From Felis catus (Eukaryota), in contig NC_058381.1 in the NCBI RefSeq assembly GCF_018350175.1, forward strand, positions 11,780,001 through 11,844,000: 64,000 bases of DNA, given 5' to 3'. The first letter of the stretch is position 1. Each line of letters starts with the position of its first letter. This document shows, one piece after another, positions 35,196 to 48,172 of this stretch. A program made the translations under genes and the position numbers. A model generated the notes under the pieces. That model saw only the letters and a list, made by a program, of their open reading frames with translations. It did not search any database and was not told the DNA's origin.

Positions 35196-38100
35196 CACAA
35201 AGCTTACTGAGGGCACTTGACTTGCCCAAGCTTGTGAAGGGTTTGTGGAGCCCGACCAGGCTGGGGTGCACCGTGTCTTAGGACTGTGCTCTCTGTCCTG
35301 CCTCATTAAAGCCACGGCTGGGTGCCCGGTAACTTCCCAGTGAAGGTCAGCTGGCTTATTGTCACGATTACTCTTAATATATGACACTTATTTAAATAAA
35401 TGTACTCAGCAGCATCGGCCTAGTGGGGTGTGTCCTGGGCCCTTGAGGGTGAACGAAAGAAAAGGGGTCTGCAGCTCACGATCACGTTGCGCAGTTGAGA
35501 GGGCACCCAAGGTGAGGTGAGGGCCTTGAGAAGCACGGGACCCGTGGATGCCACTCCCAGGCCCGGGGCTCACTGATTAGGGTGCACGTGAGCCACCAGA
35601 GTGGTTTTGCACTTGGCCCGGGACACACGAGTTGAGTGAAGCAGGAATGAACATCTTCCCCCTTCCTGAAAGGAGTTGCGGATTTGGGGGAATTAGAGCA
35701 GCTGCTGGCCATTTCTTTTTGTTGTGGGATTTAGGAGCGCTTCAAATGCCAGCTGGGGGCTACCTTCCTTGGATCCGTGTCCCCTCTCTACCTTTTCCTT
35801 AGGATGACTGTATTCCTGGAGGGCCTCTCCAGAAGAGGCGAGATGTCTGTCTGCCAGCAAAACAGAGGGAGGGGACAGAAGAGCCTCAGCCTTAGAAGCA
35901 CCCTCTGCACCTCGTACTCTGATACTCGTTCTCTCCTCTGCCCAGAATGTAACCTGGGGGGCGAGGGGCAGTCTTATCACCCCTACTTCATCAAAGGGAA
36001 ACCCTGGGCTGAGACTGGTCACGGAAGGTCTGCCCAAGTGGTCCTTCCTGGAGGGTGGGAGTACCCTGACCCCAGCCCAGATTGTGAGCTGCCCGGAGAC
36101 CTTCTTCTGAGCCAGATGCCCCCCCCCCTCCGCTCCCATGCAGAGGAGCTAAAATGCGGTTGGGAGCCTGCCTGAGTATAAAACTTCTTTCAGGAAAAAG
36201 ACTCCAGCACATTCATTCTTGTGTCAGACACAGGGCTCTAACCAAAAGCTGCCCAGTAAATGTTGCCTGAATCGACCGAGAACGCCAGGGGCCCGCGGGG
36301 TCCCCCGGGAAAGGCAGCCCCCACCCTCACCCCGCTCCTCCTGCCCTTTGCTGTCTGTGGTGTGTGGATCCCACTTGCGATCGATGTGACTTTGACTCTC
36401 TGGGCCTCTACTGTTTGTTTGGATGTCACAATGTGACCCTGGGTGCTGTTGACCTGCGGTGAATCCTTCCCTGAAGTGTCCTCAAAGCCTGTAGGCAGTA
36501 CAGTGAAATTGCCATGAGCCGCTTCCTTGCCGACTCGTAGCGTTTCGGGAGCTGAGCCCATTCGTCCGTGACCTGAGTGGAATTCTTCCGTGGCTGGGTA
36601 GGTAGCGCCTCTCCTCTGTTCAAACACAGAGGTCTGCAGTCTGTGACCTTGGAGCGGAGTTCCATTCTTAGAATTAGCCGGTAGAGAAAGCCAGGACTTT
36701 GGCTGCTTTAACAAGATTGGGGGCAGGGACGGGAGGGGTGCGGGACCCTCCCCTTAGTCAAGGCTGGCCGCCCACTTGTGTGCAGGGGTGACCGAGGGAC
36801 CAGGGATCCAGGACCCTCCTGATCTGCTCAAGTGTGACCCGGGGTGTTTTGTTCTTTTCTGCTGATCCAGTTTCAGGAGGGAGGTCCGCCCTTTCAGGTG
36901 AGTTTTGGGAAGTGATGACAATCAGGAAAGGACCTTCAGGTCTCTGGAGTGGGAAGCCAGAAGGGCCTCCCCTCTGCTGCCCGGAATACCCCTGTGGACC
37001 ATTAGTCATTCTCCCCTGCTGAGCAGGCCCTTCTCCAGGCAACGCAGATCCCCCGCTCTCAAGGTGACCGAGGTGACTGGATGCTTCCTTCCCAGCAAGA
37101 CAGTTTGACCCCAGGGCACGGAGACCTGGGTGGGAGCCGAGGTTTCGGTTTTAACCCGTTCAGCCCTAGTTGGGGGATCCTGCTTGATGTTACCTGCTGC
37201 CAGCTTCGGCAGGTGTTAGCTGGTTAACCTTTCAGTACCTCAGTTTCCCCTCTCTGCTTCAGCTCCCACAAAGGGTGAAAGAAAGAAGCATATTTCTCCT
37301 GCTCCTCTGCTGTGTCTCTTTGGGAGCGTTCAAGACTTTTGTCCTTGCCCCACCGGCAGCAAGCAGTGGCTGCAGCACCTCTGAGTCCCAACAGAAAGCC
37401 CCAGTTTCTGTCAGGAATCCGGAAGGGCTGATCTGGCCAAGGCCTGGCTCTGCTCTCCTCCTGTGATCTGGGAGCTTCTCTGAGCCTTTGGCTTTCTTAT
37501 CTGCAAAGTGGGCATTACAATAGTGCTTGCCGGGATGAGGTATGTGAACTTTAAATAAATGCTTTTTGATTGTGGGACCTGGCATCGTGAAGGTTCTTGA
37601 AGGAGGTCTCAGTCCTCAGACCCCCGCCCAGAGTAGGGCCTCCCTAGTAGATGCTCAGAAAGACATTGAGTTGAATCCTTAAAAATATCTGCCGCATTTC
37701 CAGAGGACATTGTTTTCCCCCAAGGGCCTGGTGGGGAAATAGGGGACACAGTTCCCAGTTCCCAGGCTGAGGCTCTTGCTCACTTTCCTCCCTGGGGAGG
37801 TGTAATTTACATGCAGTGAAATGCCCAGACCTTAGCGCCCAGTTGGAAGGTCTGACACGCAAGCTCCTGACTGGCTATCCAGGCTCCAGTTGAGATGGGG
37901 AATATTTCCATCACCCCAGAAAGTTCCCTGTGCTCCTCCCAGTCAGTGCCCCACCTTGCTTCCCAGGCGGTCACAGTCCAGGTGGCTGCGCCTTCTTAGG
38001 CCTGCGCTGAACCACCGGTCCGGCTCTCTCCTGCTCAGTGTCCCCAGGCCTGGGCTTCCAGCCGTGACGCCCTGGCCATCGTCTGCACCCTGTCTCCAGC

Positions 38101-39519
38101 TACCTGGGACTCTGCTCTGTACCTCACGCTTCACCCTCTTTCCTCTGGCTTGATCACGCTGGCACAGGGTCAGCCCGTGGGACGGGAGGCGCCACGCTGA
38201 GGGCATGCCAGGTTTGCCTGGGACTTTGAGATTTCTTGTCCTCGGCCAGCCACTAGCTCGCGGCAAAAAGTGATGAGGAGCTGGGAATCCCAAGGCAGCG
38301 CAGGCTGTGTGGGCATGGAATGGAGCCCTGAGAATCACACCCGCAGATAACGCAGTTTGCCTATCCTTGAAATGAGGATGCTGATGAGGGCGGGGGAGAG
38401 GGCTGGAGGGAGGGCTGTGGGAGAGGATATTTTACTTCTCCGTACTTCGTGAGAATAGACCACTGCCAGCTTCAGACCCTGACTGTTGTTCTTTTCATTG
38501 TCCTGAGCAAACGCTGCCTTAACTGTGTTGGAGGGCAGGCGAACAGGAACAGAGAGTTCTGGCTTAGAAGAACAGTGGCCCTAAAAGGGAGTCTGGCTAA
38601 CAATAAAATCCTTGTCTGTCCCGTTGCCGTATGAATTCCCGTGGGAAGTGTCCGCTCTTGTGAAAGCTAGCAAGGGTGAAAAGTACATTTCACGTGTCAG
38701 GTGTGCTGGCCCTAAGCTCCGCTGTTTGATGATTCAGAGGGCAAGCCTGGGTCTTAGAGGACCTTTTGTGGGCAGCCGTGGGTGGATGGATCGTGAGGAC
38801 GCCTGGCTTATAGGGTTGATAAATGGGGTGAGTAGTATGTGGAGGGGACGATGGGTAGTGGAATTCAGGGAAGGGGGGGGGTCAGGACTTCAGGACTCCT
38901 AGTAATCCCTGGTGCTCCTCTCTACACACACCTCCCACCCTACGGACGGGCAGGCCCCACCCGGGGAGACTGACCTGTCTTGAAGAGATCCCATCCCTGG
39001 GGTTTCTGAGAACCTGAGAAAGCCCTACCCCGCCCCTGGTCTGGCCAAACCACCTCCCGCCAATGCCTGTGAACACTGCTGGATTTCCCAGTGTAAAAGA
39101 TGCCGTAAAAATATTTCCGAAGCGCAGCATCTGGGCGGCTGGTGAGTCTGCGGCCTCAGAAGCAGGGGGATCCGCCGGCCGCCTGCCGGCTGTCCGCCGG
39201 CAGAATCTCCACGGCGGCCACTTGGGCAATTTCCTGCCTTCAGTTTGAAACCAGGAGGGAGGGGACCGGAGTCCCAGGAGCACAGGCAGCTGAGCTGGAG
39301 GGCCCCTTAGGGATGTACCTTTAGCCCCTGGTTTTTGCTCATGATGAAATGAGAACTACTCATGGAAGATACGGAGAGGGAGGAAAAAAATGGCCCTTAG
39401 CCTGGAGGAACGATTACGCTACAGGGACAGATGACCAAATCCTCACAACAGGGTGGACACTAAGGGCACAAAAGAGAGTGCCCTGGGTGAAGTTAGAGGA
39501 GAGGCTCCCACTGGGTCTT

Positions 39520-39739
39520 TTTTTTTTTTTTTCAACGTTTATTTATTTATTTTTGGGACAGAGAGAGACAGAGCATGAATGGGGGAGGGGCAGAGAGAGA
39601 GGGAGACACAGAATCGGAAACAGGCTCCAGGCTCTGAGCCATCAGCCCAGAGCCCGACGCGGGGCTCGAACTCACCGACCGCGAGATCGTGACCTGGCTG
39701 AAGTCGGACGCTTAACCGACTGCGCCACCCAGGCGCCCC
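39520..39739 (-). mobile_element. Young SINEC_Fc-type SINE
   Basis: TSD ctcccactgggtctt (39505-19 / 39739-53). Confidence 0.95.
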
Positions 39740-41210
39740 TCCCACTGGGTCTTGAGGGATGAGTAGGAGTTTGCCTAGAGGTGTCAGAGGCGTGGAGAGT
39801 ATTTCAGACATGTGCAGACCCATGGTAAAAGGGTCTGGAGCAAGGTGTTTGGTGTGAGTGATAGGGTGGGGCAGGAAGGGTGGCAGGTGAGATGGACGCA
39901 GGGGAGTTCGTCGCCTGTCAGTGAGCGCTGGGATGGGTGAGCCCGGGGCAGGGGAGGAGGCCTGGGGATCAGAGCATGGCAGGAGGTGAGGCATGGGAAG
40001 CTGGCTGGGGCTAGAGTGCCCCAGCCTGAGGGCAGTGGGATCAGTGGGGTCAACGGACATATCGGAGTCATGGACGAGAGGGGAGAAGGGTCAATGACGG
40101 GCAAGTTGTGGCCGGGTGTTGAGGGTTGAGATGGGGACCGGGGAGGAGGGGCAGTGAGGCAGGTGCTGCTCTGTAAGTGGCTGAGCAGGCCCAGAGCAGC
40201 ACTCTGGTGGCTCCCCAGACCAGCTCTCCCTCCATCCCCCCCGAAACCCCACCCTCAGCCCCATCACAGACTCTCAATGGGCGGGTCCTTCCAGGCCCGG
40301 GTGCTTGATGAATGTTTCTTTTCACACAGAAGACAGAACGCCCTTTGGTTCAGTCCCGGGTTCTAGAGGCTTTGGGGCTGAGGTGTGCATGTCTCTCTCT
40401 AGGTTGGGCAGCCTGTTTTGAGGCCTGTTCTGACTGTTTTGTCCTTCATGAGTGGCTCCGCCTCTCCTGGCGTGTGCTCCAGGGCAACTTGGAATTTCTG
40501 TCATGGCCCGAGGCTTCATGAGGGGCCTGCCCTGAGAGCTTGGTACTGGCGCAGGGGGACCTCTGACCTGGGAGCAGACGGAGGAGGAAGCTGGAAGGCA
40601 GGCCAAGGGGTTTCTGGCCTCGTGGGTGTTGGCAGCACCCGGGGTGCCCAGAGGCTGTGGTCGCTGTGAGGCCAGGGTCTGTTTGAATGTCACCCTTCCC
40701 CGTTCGCTGAGTGGGTCCTCCTGCGTCATTTGTTTATTAATAATGGGCTTGTGTGCCCGTGTGGCCACTTTGCCCCTCGGTCACCTCATCCACGTGTTTA
40801 CTTAGTGGTGCCTTTGTGGCTTTGCTGGTTCATTCATTGGGTTCATTCATTCTTGGCTCTGCCCTTGGCCTCGTAGAGGTGAAGGTTTGCCCTTGCCTGG
40901 GAAGGATGTGCCGGGCCGTGTCCTCCATGCTCAGTGACTTTCCAGAATCTTCCCACGCCACACTCTTGGGCACTGTCTAGATGGCAGGCTGAGTTACGCC
41001 GGGAGAAGGGGGCTCGGTGAAGCAAGAGTTGGAGTAGGGGGGCTACTTGTCCTCCAGGGCTGGGTGACCTGTGGGGCCGACCAGGTCAGGAGCATTGCCT
41101 ACTCAATCCCCAAGAAAGGTAGAGACGGAGATATTCCTTGAAAGGATACTATTAGGATCCCCAAACAAAGCGAAACAGAACAGAAAATACCATCAAAGCC
41201 AACATTATGA

Positions 41211-41428
41211 GGGGCGCCTGGGTGGCTCAGTCGGTTGAGCGGCCGACTTCGGCTCAGGTCATGATCTCGCGGTCCGTGAGTTCGAGCCCCGCATCGGGCT
41301 CTGTGCTGACAGCTCAGAGCCTGGAGCCTGTTTCAGATTGTGTCTCCCTCTCTCTGACCCTCCCCTGTTCATGCTCTGTCTCTCCCTGTGTCAAAAATAA
41401 ATAAAACGTTAAAAAAAAAATGTAAAAA
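41211..41428 (+). mobile_element. Can-SINE
   Basis: TSD aaagccaacattatga (41195-210 / 41429-44). Confidence 0.93.
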
Positions 41429-41636
41429 AAAGCCAACATTATGACAACGCTGTCACTCTGATGGACTTAGACTCATTTTACAATTTAGGCTTATTTTTAC
41501 TTTGATTTGACGTGGAGAGTCACCATATTTTCAGTGCATTGGCCCTCAAGTCCTTTCTAAAAGCAGAAAGGAAAAGTACAAAGAGTAATGCAGGGATACA
41601 GCAAATGCCACTCAAAATCAGAAGTGCCCTACTATC

Positions 41637-41894
41637 TTTTTTTTTTTTAATATTTATTTATTTTTGAGACAATGCAAGAGACAGAGTGCAGGCAGCGGAG
41701 GGGCAGACACAGGGAGACACAGAATCTGAACTGGGTTCCAGGCTCCAGCCCAGAGCCTGACGCGGGGCTCAAACTCATGAACCATGAGATCATGACCTGA
41801 GCCGAAGTCGGACACTTAACCGACTGAGCCACTCAGGCGCCCCTATCTTTTTTTTTTTTTAAGTTTTTATTTATTTATTTTGAGACAGAGACAG

Positions 41895-41928
<34 letters not shown>

Positions 41929-42114
41929 TGCACCACCCCCCAGACACACATGAGTGGGGGCGGGGCAGAGAGAGAAAGGGAGAGAATCCCAAGCAGGCTC
42001 CACACTGTCAGTGAAGAGTCTGATGCGGGGCTTGAACTCACAAACTGTGAGATCGTGACCGAAGTTGAAATCAAGAGTTGGGCTCTCTACTGACTGAGCC
42101 ACCCAGGCACCCCC
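41637..42114 (-). mobile_element. Two tandem Can-SINEs (41637-41843, 41850-42114)
   Basis: Separated by tatcttttt repeats. Confidence 0.88.
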
Positions 42115-42185
42115 TACCTTTTTTTTGAAGAAAGAAATCGGTGTTCCAAGTGTTCAGCTCTTCCGTTTTCTTGTCCCCAGAGGCA

Positions 42186-42385
42186 GGATGTCTCAATTCT
42201 GCCCGTGGGGGGATGCACCGGGGCCATGCCTGGAGACATTTTTGGTTGTCACAACTGGGGAGAGCTACCAGCACCCAGTGGATGAAGGCCAGGGGTGCGA
42301 TGGAACACCCTAGGGTGCAGGGACGGCCTCGCCACAGAAAGTGATCCTGCCCCAAGTGTCAAAGTGGAGGGCAGGAGACCCCACT
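42186..42385 (+). mobile_element. MER20
   Basis: ctggagacatttttggttgtcacaactgggg. Confidence 0.82.
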
Positions 42386-42547
42386 ACGGATGTGGAAAAT
42401 AGTGTGAATGTGTTAGCATGTTGCATGCCAGTCTTTTTTTTAAAACACACGCACAGAAAGAGCATTTAGCACCGTATGGTTTGTGTTATTTTCTAAACAT
42501 GTGTATATATGCTGTGGGAAATCTACAGCTCTCTTTATTCATTTGAC

Positions 42548-43040
42548 TTTTTTTTTTGAGATTTGTTTAAGGGATCTCTCCACCCAACATGGGGCTCAAA
42601 CTCACGACCCCCAGATCAAGAGTCGATCCTCCCACTGACTGAGCCAGCCAGGTGCCCCTCATCTGACATGCTTTTCTTTAATGTTTATTTTTGAGGGAAA
42701 GAGAGAGAAAGACAGGGTGTGAGCAGGGGTGAGCAGAGAGAGAGGGAGACACAGAATGCGAAGCAGGCCCCAGGCTCTGAGCTGTGAGCACAGAGTCCCA
42801 TGCGGGGCTTGAACTCACGAACAGCGAAATCATGACCTGAGCTGAAGTTGGACGCTTCACCGGCTGAGCCCCCCAGGCGCCCCAGCACATGTTTTGAAGA
42901 ATATCACAAGTCAGGGCGCCTGGGGGGCTCAGTCGGTGAAGCGTCCAGCTCTTGATCTCAGCTCAGCTCTTGATCTCAGGGTGGTGAGTTCAAGCTCTGC
43001 GTTGGGGTCCGTGCTGGGTGTGAAGCCTACTTAAAAAAAT
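42548..43040. mobile_element. Cluster of three Can-SINEs (42548-42658 -, 42672-42883 -, 42914-43040 +)
   Basis: Consensus matches. Confidence 0.85.
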
Positions 43041-43580
43041 ATATATGTCACAAGTTGACACAAACGGCCAGTTTGTTTAAATTCTGTAGTTTCGCTCCGT
43101 TAGGAATGGGCCACATTCCATTTATCCTTCTTCCACAGGTGGACAGCTAAGTGGTCATGCTTTTCGTGACAGGCGTGCCAGATGGAAACATCTTTGCACA
43201 TGCGCTTTGCACACTCATGGGCGCGTCCCTGGGACAGGTGCTCGGGAGTGAAATCGCAGGCAGTAGGAGCACAGCTCTCAGTTCACACCTTCCTCAGCGC
43301 TCAAGACTATCTGTCGTCAGGTTTGGCGAGAGGAGGCTCGTTGATGTTGCTTCAGTTTGCATTTACCTGATTGCCAGCCCCTCGGCTTTGCTCCAAAGCC
43401 CTCTGCACGGTCCCAGTGACAGCACCTGGTGACCCAGACATTGGTCCCGGCGGGGTCACTCCCCCCTGCAGGGTGCTGGCTGCTCATCCTGTCTCAGAGC
43501 CACCGATTTCCGGGCGTAGCGTCCCCGCACTCCGCTCTGCTGCTGCAAGCCCGGCCACCCTTCGACAGGGCACCACACGG

Positions 43581-43590
43581 CTGATTGGCT
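43581..43590 (-). promoter_or_regulatory. NF-Y CCAAT box in CpG-rich patch before exon 2
   Basis: CTGATTGGCT is the reverse complement of AGCCAATCAG. Confidence 0.45.
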
Positions 43591-43787
43591 TTCGCCTTTT
43601 ATCTTCCGTTTTATGATTACACAGTAGTAACCTTCGCTGGACTTGCCTGTGCCCGCGCCTCCCGGCGTGTTCCCGGAGGGTAACTTTGTTTCCGAGTTCC
43701 GGAGGCTTGTCACTCCTCCTTGTCCCGCAGGTGGGGGCCGGCGGGGACTAAGCAGGTCTCCTGCTGACGCTGGCTGTGTCCCTGCAG

Positions 43788-43895
43788 GCAGACCTCTGCG
43801 TTATGACCCGGCTGCTGGGCTACGTGGACCCCTCGGATCCCTGCTTTGTGGCTGCTATCCTCACCATCACTTTCAACCCGCTCTTCTGGAATGTG
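43788..43895 (+). CDS. PEMT: PEMT coding exon 2 (108 nt; short-isoform ATG at 43803 and first transmembrane segment)
   Basis: [36 protein letters not shown] matches PEMT. Acceptor ccctgcAG (43786-87), branch-like CTGAC (A 43767), donor GTG|GTAAGT (43896). In phase with exon 1. Confidence 0.97.
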
Positions 43896-45147
43896 GTAAG
43901 TACCCTGCGCCCATATTATCTGGGCCAGCTGCACGGACGGACAGATGGATGGCTCTTCCCTCCCCACGTCTGTCTCTGCCAGCGTGGAATCGTCCTTTCT
44001 GTTTCCCCATCAGTCTCAGAGCCCAGGTAGGGGATGCGGACCAGGGAAGCCCCTCATTTTGGGGATCCCACAGCATCCTGACAGCGACAGCCCTGGGCTG
44101 CTGTGGGCTGGGCCAGTGGGGCTGTCCTGTGATGCGGCTGCCCAGCTGTGCCCGACGATCTCAGCCTTCTCCTCGGTGAAGTAGACGGCCTCGGCTTGGG
44201 GGCTGCCCTCCTCCTCTGCCATGCTTTGCAGGGAAGCCGCTTTCTTGGGAATCCTCGCCCCCTCGGATGTGCTCCAGAAACATGATTATTTGTCCTGAAT
44301 GAGGCTTCCTGCAAAAGGGTCCGCACATCGCTGGACTTTGTGGGCTGGGTGGCAGCGAAAACAGGAGACAGAGCAGCACCCAGTTCTTCTGTGGGTCCTG
44401 GGGACGCCCAGGGGACGCTTGGAGCACGGAGAGCCGGGTGGGACCAGGCTGTGTGGGAAGGGGGCCCCGAACCCTCTGAGGAAGGTGTGGGAATGCAGGA
44501 CAGTCTCTCCTGGCCCCTGCCAGGATGTGGGGGAAGCTCGTGGGGTTTCTGGAAGCATGGGAAGGGGCGGCGGCGGTGCCCCCTGAGGCTCCTGCCCTGT
44601 GCCTGATCTCGGGTTTGCTGATGCAGAGCCACGGACATCCTGTGATCCCCCTTGAGGGTAGCCTGAAGAATAAGGCCAAGCTCAGCGTTAGCAACACGCT
44701 GTTCCAGACTGTTTTCATTTCAGGTGACCACTTGGTCCCAGGGGCAGAACAGGACATGTTTTTCATCTGGTTTATGAGTTAGGTCTTTTCTCTATCTGGG
44801 GAGGTCGGAGGTGGGTGGGAGCGGGGGATGGGGTGGGGGCGGGGCTGCTCATCTCAAGGAGGCCGCATTCGGAATGTTCTGTCCCTCCTCTGGCCGCCCT
44901 GAACACGCTGGGCCCACCCTGAGGTGGTTGGTGGCGGCCCCCGGCTGAAGGCGACCTGAGGGGCGGGATGAGCTCTGAGGGCTTGCTTTGCCTAAAACCA
45001 TTCCTCGGGACTTCGGGGACCCCCGCCACACCCCACACGGGACCGCCTCCCTGTTCATTTCTGCTCTCCGTTCCTTCTCTGCCACTCACCGTCCCCACCC
45101 CCCAGCTTTCCTCCGGCAGCAGAAGACAATGAAGGGTAAAAAGGGTA

Positions 45148-45623
45148 TGTGGCAGGCTGAAAAGTGGCCCCCGAAAGATGTCCACACCCCGATCTTTGGA
45201 ACCTGTAAAGGTTTACCTTGGATGGCAGAAGAGGGGAGCTCTGCAGGTGTTAAGGATGTCTGGATGGGGAGATTGCCGTGGATTGTTGGGGTGGCCTGAC
45301 ATGTAGTCACATGTGTCCTTATAAGGGCGGGGGGCAGAGGGAGATGTGAACGCACTGGCTTTGGAGACTGAGGTGATACGGCCACCAGCCAAGGAAGGCG
45401 GGGCCACCGGTGGGGAAGGCGGGGCCACCAGAAGCTGGCCCAGGCCAGGACTGGATTCTCACCTAGAGCCTCTGGGAGAGGGGGGCCCTGCTGGCTCCTT
45501 AATTTGGCCTAGAGACACAGATTTTGGACTTGTGGCCCACGGAGCTGTGAGAACGTGCATTCCTGTTGTTCTAAAGCACCTGGTTTGTGGTGATTGGTTA
45601 CAGCAGCCACGGGAAACTGGTGC
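45148..45623 (+). mobile_element. MLT1C/D-like solo LTR
   Basis: TG..CA ends; tggcccccgaaagatgtccac..tttgtggtgattggttacagcagcc. Confidence 0.8.
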
Positions 45624-46374
45624 AGGGTGTGAGACAGGCTGTTGGTCCCTGCGAGGAGAACCTGGTCGGCTAGGAGTGTGCAGTGCTCTCCCCTGTTCAC
45701 CGTCCTCCCCCGGAAGGCCTGGCTTTGACCGCCAGTCCCACTGGCCTCCCCGCGCTGGGGGCTCGGCTCGCCGGCCTGCTGGGTGCGCAGTGGGTCCCCG
45801 GGACACTTTTTCATGCACAAGCCCCTTCCGTTATTTCCCGCTGGGCCTTCCAACAGTGTGGCTTCGCAAGTTCGTTTTGAAGTCACTTGGTGGCCCACAG
45901 CCAGGTTGAGGCGCTTAAGGTTTGCGAGGCAGGCAGCTCGTGTCTGTGCGCGCGCCGTAAGGCTTGTTTCTTTTGTCGTAGCGTTTGATTTGCCTTGTTT
46001 CTGCAGAAGTTGTACGCTGGCACGGTGTGTGGTCATTAGCGGGAGGGAGAGCTTTTCGGTCCGTTCAGAATGGGAGAAGTTACGGAAACACATTGTGGTT
46101 TAGCGGGCTGCCGCTGGCTGGGCAGTGGGAACGGGACCGGGAGGCTGGAAGAACTGGTCTGAGTGGGACCCCAGCTCTGTGACACCCTGGGGACGGGAAT
46201 CCCAGCAGTAAGGGAGGTCACACCTGTGGAAGCCTTTGATGAGCGTCGATTCAGTCCTCCCTCCCCGTGCTTGGCCGTTGTGCTGAGTGCGGTTCACGCA
46301 GGATTTCAGCTGATTGTCACAGCAAAGGCTGTTATTATCCCCTTGGGAAACCAGCCTCCAAGAGGTCCACTCGT

Positions 46375-47005
46375 CTCTTACTTACTGACGGCCCACTGCA
46401 TGCCAGGCGCGGGCGGCACACTGCCCTGGTTCTAAAGGAACTGACGTTCCAGGAGGCAGACACCGTGTGGGTAAAAACACGCACTGCATACAGCAGGTTG
46501 GGGCTGGGGGGGGTTGGTGATGAGGCAGGGAAAGGGGGGAAGCTGGTCAGGGCAGGGGTGACCTTTGAGCAGAAACCTGCCCTCGTGTGGGAGGGAGCCC
46601 TCGGGTATCTGGAGAAGAGGAAGCAAGTGCAAAAGTCCTGGGTGGTTTCAAGGCTGGAATCCGACAGAGAGAGCGTGGAGGGCGGCAGGTCAGGGAGGGG
46701 GCTGGCCTAACAGAGCAGGCCTTGTAGGCCGTGGGCAGCACGTGCGATGGTTTCTGAGTGGGGAGCCGTGGAATGAATGGCCTGATCTGACTCCGGTTTC
46801 CTAGGCTGGCGTGGGCTGGTAAGAGCAGATGAGGGGTGAGGGTGGGGCGAGGGCGGGGCTGGAGGCTGTCACAGCGCTTGCGACCCAATGGTGGCCTGGA
46901 CCAGGGTGGCACCAGCGGGAGTGGGAGAAGTGGTCAGAGTCTGGGCATGATTTGAGAGCAGGAAGAGTCAACGGGATTTACCCTGGTTTGGTGGGGAAGT
47001 GCAAG
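46375..47005 (-). mobile_element. L2 fragment
   Basis: gcaggccttgtaggcc..ggtggcctggaccagggtgg..gagaagtggtcaga. Confidence 0.6.
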
Positions 47006-47012
47006 AGAGTTC

Positions 47013-47630
47013 TAGTTGGGACCTAAGAAATAGGTATTTGGTCTTCAATCTGGCTCACAGCTGTCCGAACCCTTGAAATTTCCTAGGTGCTGAGTGTCAT
47101 CAAGGTGTCTTGTGTTACGTTAATGAGGTGACTTATTAATGGCTTATTAATGAGGTGACCCCCCCACACCATCCTAAGGACTGGGGAAGGGTGCAACCTT
47201 GCCAGAGGAACCAACCACCTGACCTCCGGGGAGGGGGGAGGAGCTGGAGGTCAGTTCAGTAGCCAATGGCTACCAAATAATGTAATCAGTTGCCTCTGTA
47301 ACGCAGCCTCCATTAGAACCCGAAACGATGGGTTCCAAGAGCTTCTGGGTTGGTGAACATGAAGATGTGGAGAGAGTGGCATGAGAGAGCGTGGGCACTC
47401 TGCACCCCTTCCCCGTCCGCCCCCCCCCCATTCATCTTTTCCTCTGGGTGACAATTCGTACCCTTTAGTATCCTTTGTAATAAACTGGTCATCAAGCAAA
47501 TAAAATGGTTTCCTGAGGTCTGTGAGTTGGGCAGATAGTGTCAGACTTGTGTTGAATTGTAGGACTCCCCCTCCCCCCGCTCGCCCGCCAGCTAGCGTCA
47601 GAGAATTGGTTGGATGTGTGGGTACAGACT
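47013..47630 (+). mobile_element. MER21-like solo LTR
   Basis: tatttggtctt..acccttgaaatttcct..taatgaggtgac..tcctttgtaataaactggt. Confidence 0.7.
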
Positions 47631-48172
47631 TGTAGAGGGCATGGCCACGTGGGACAACCTAGGGGCTGAGGGCCGTGGGGAAGAGACCTCTGTTCTGCCC
47701 GTGCCTGGGAGATTCTCGGTGGGGACGCAGGCCTTGAGGGTCTAGAATTCAGGGCAGTGGAATGGCTGGGGTTGGTGATGATGTCTGGAGTCACAGAGAG
47801 TGGCCGCCTAGGCCGAGCCTGGCCTTGGCTCCGGGCCTTCCGATTCTTCCATGGCCCACTGTCTGCCTCCCCGGGGCTGTAGCTCCTTGAAGAAGCTACG
47901 CCATTGGCTGGAGGGGCCTGCCCACTTGTCAGTGTAGGCGGGTAGATGCGTAGGCACATCCTCCCCACCGGCACCGCCCCCGGGCCCATCTCTCTCTTCT
48001 TCCCGCCCCCTCCTCTCCCCGCAAAGGACTCTTTGTTGCTTCTGCCCTCTCCTTGTTGAAGCTTTGGGGAAACCAACACTATTGACCTTCACTGTTTCTT
48101 GAAACCCTGTGCCTCACACTGCTTTTCTGGCTCGCTCGGCTGTTCCTTGTGAACAGCTTTTCCTCTGCCTGT

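Larger units (their letters stand above)
28375..43787 (+). other. PEMT: PEMT intron 1 (15.4 kb, GT-AG)
   Basis: Canonical boundaries join RQ|ADLCV in frame. Confidence 0.9.
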
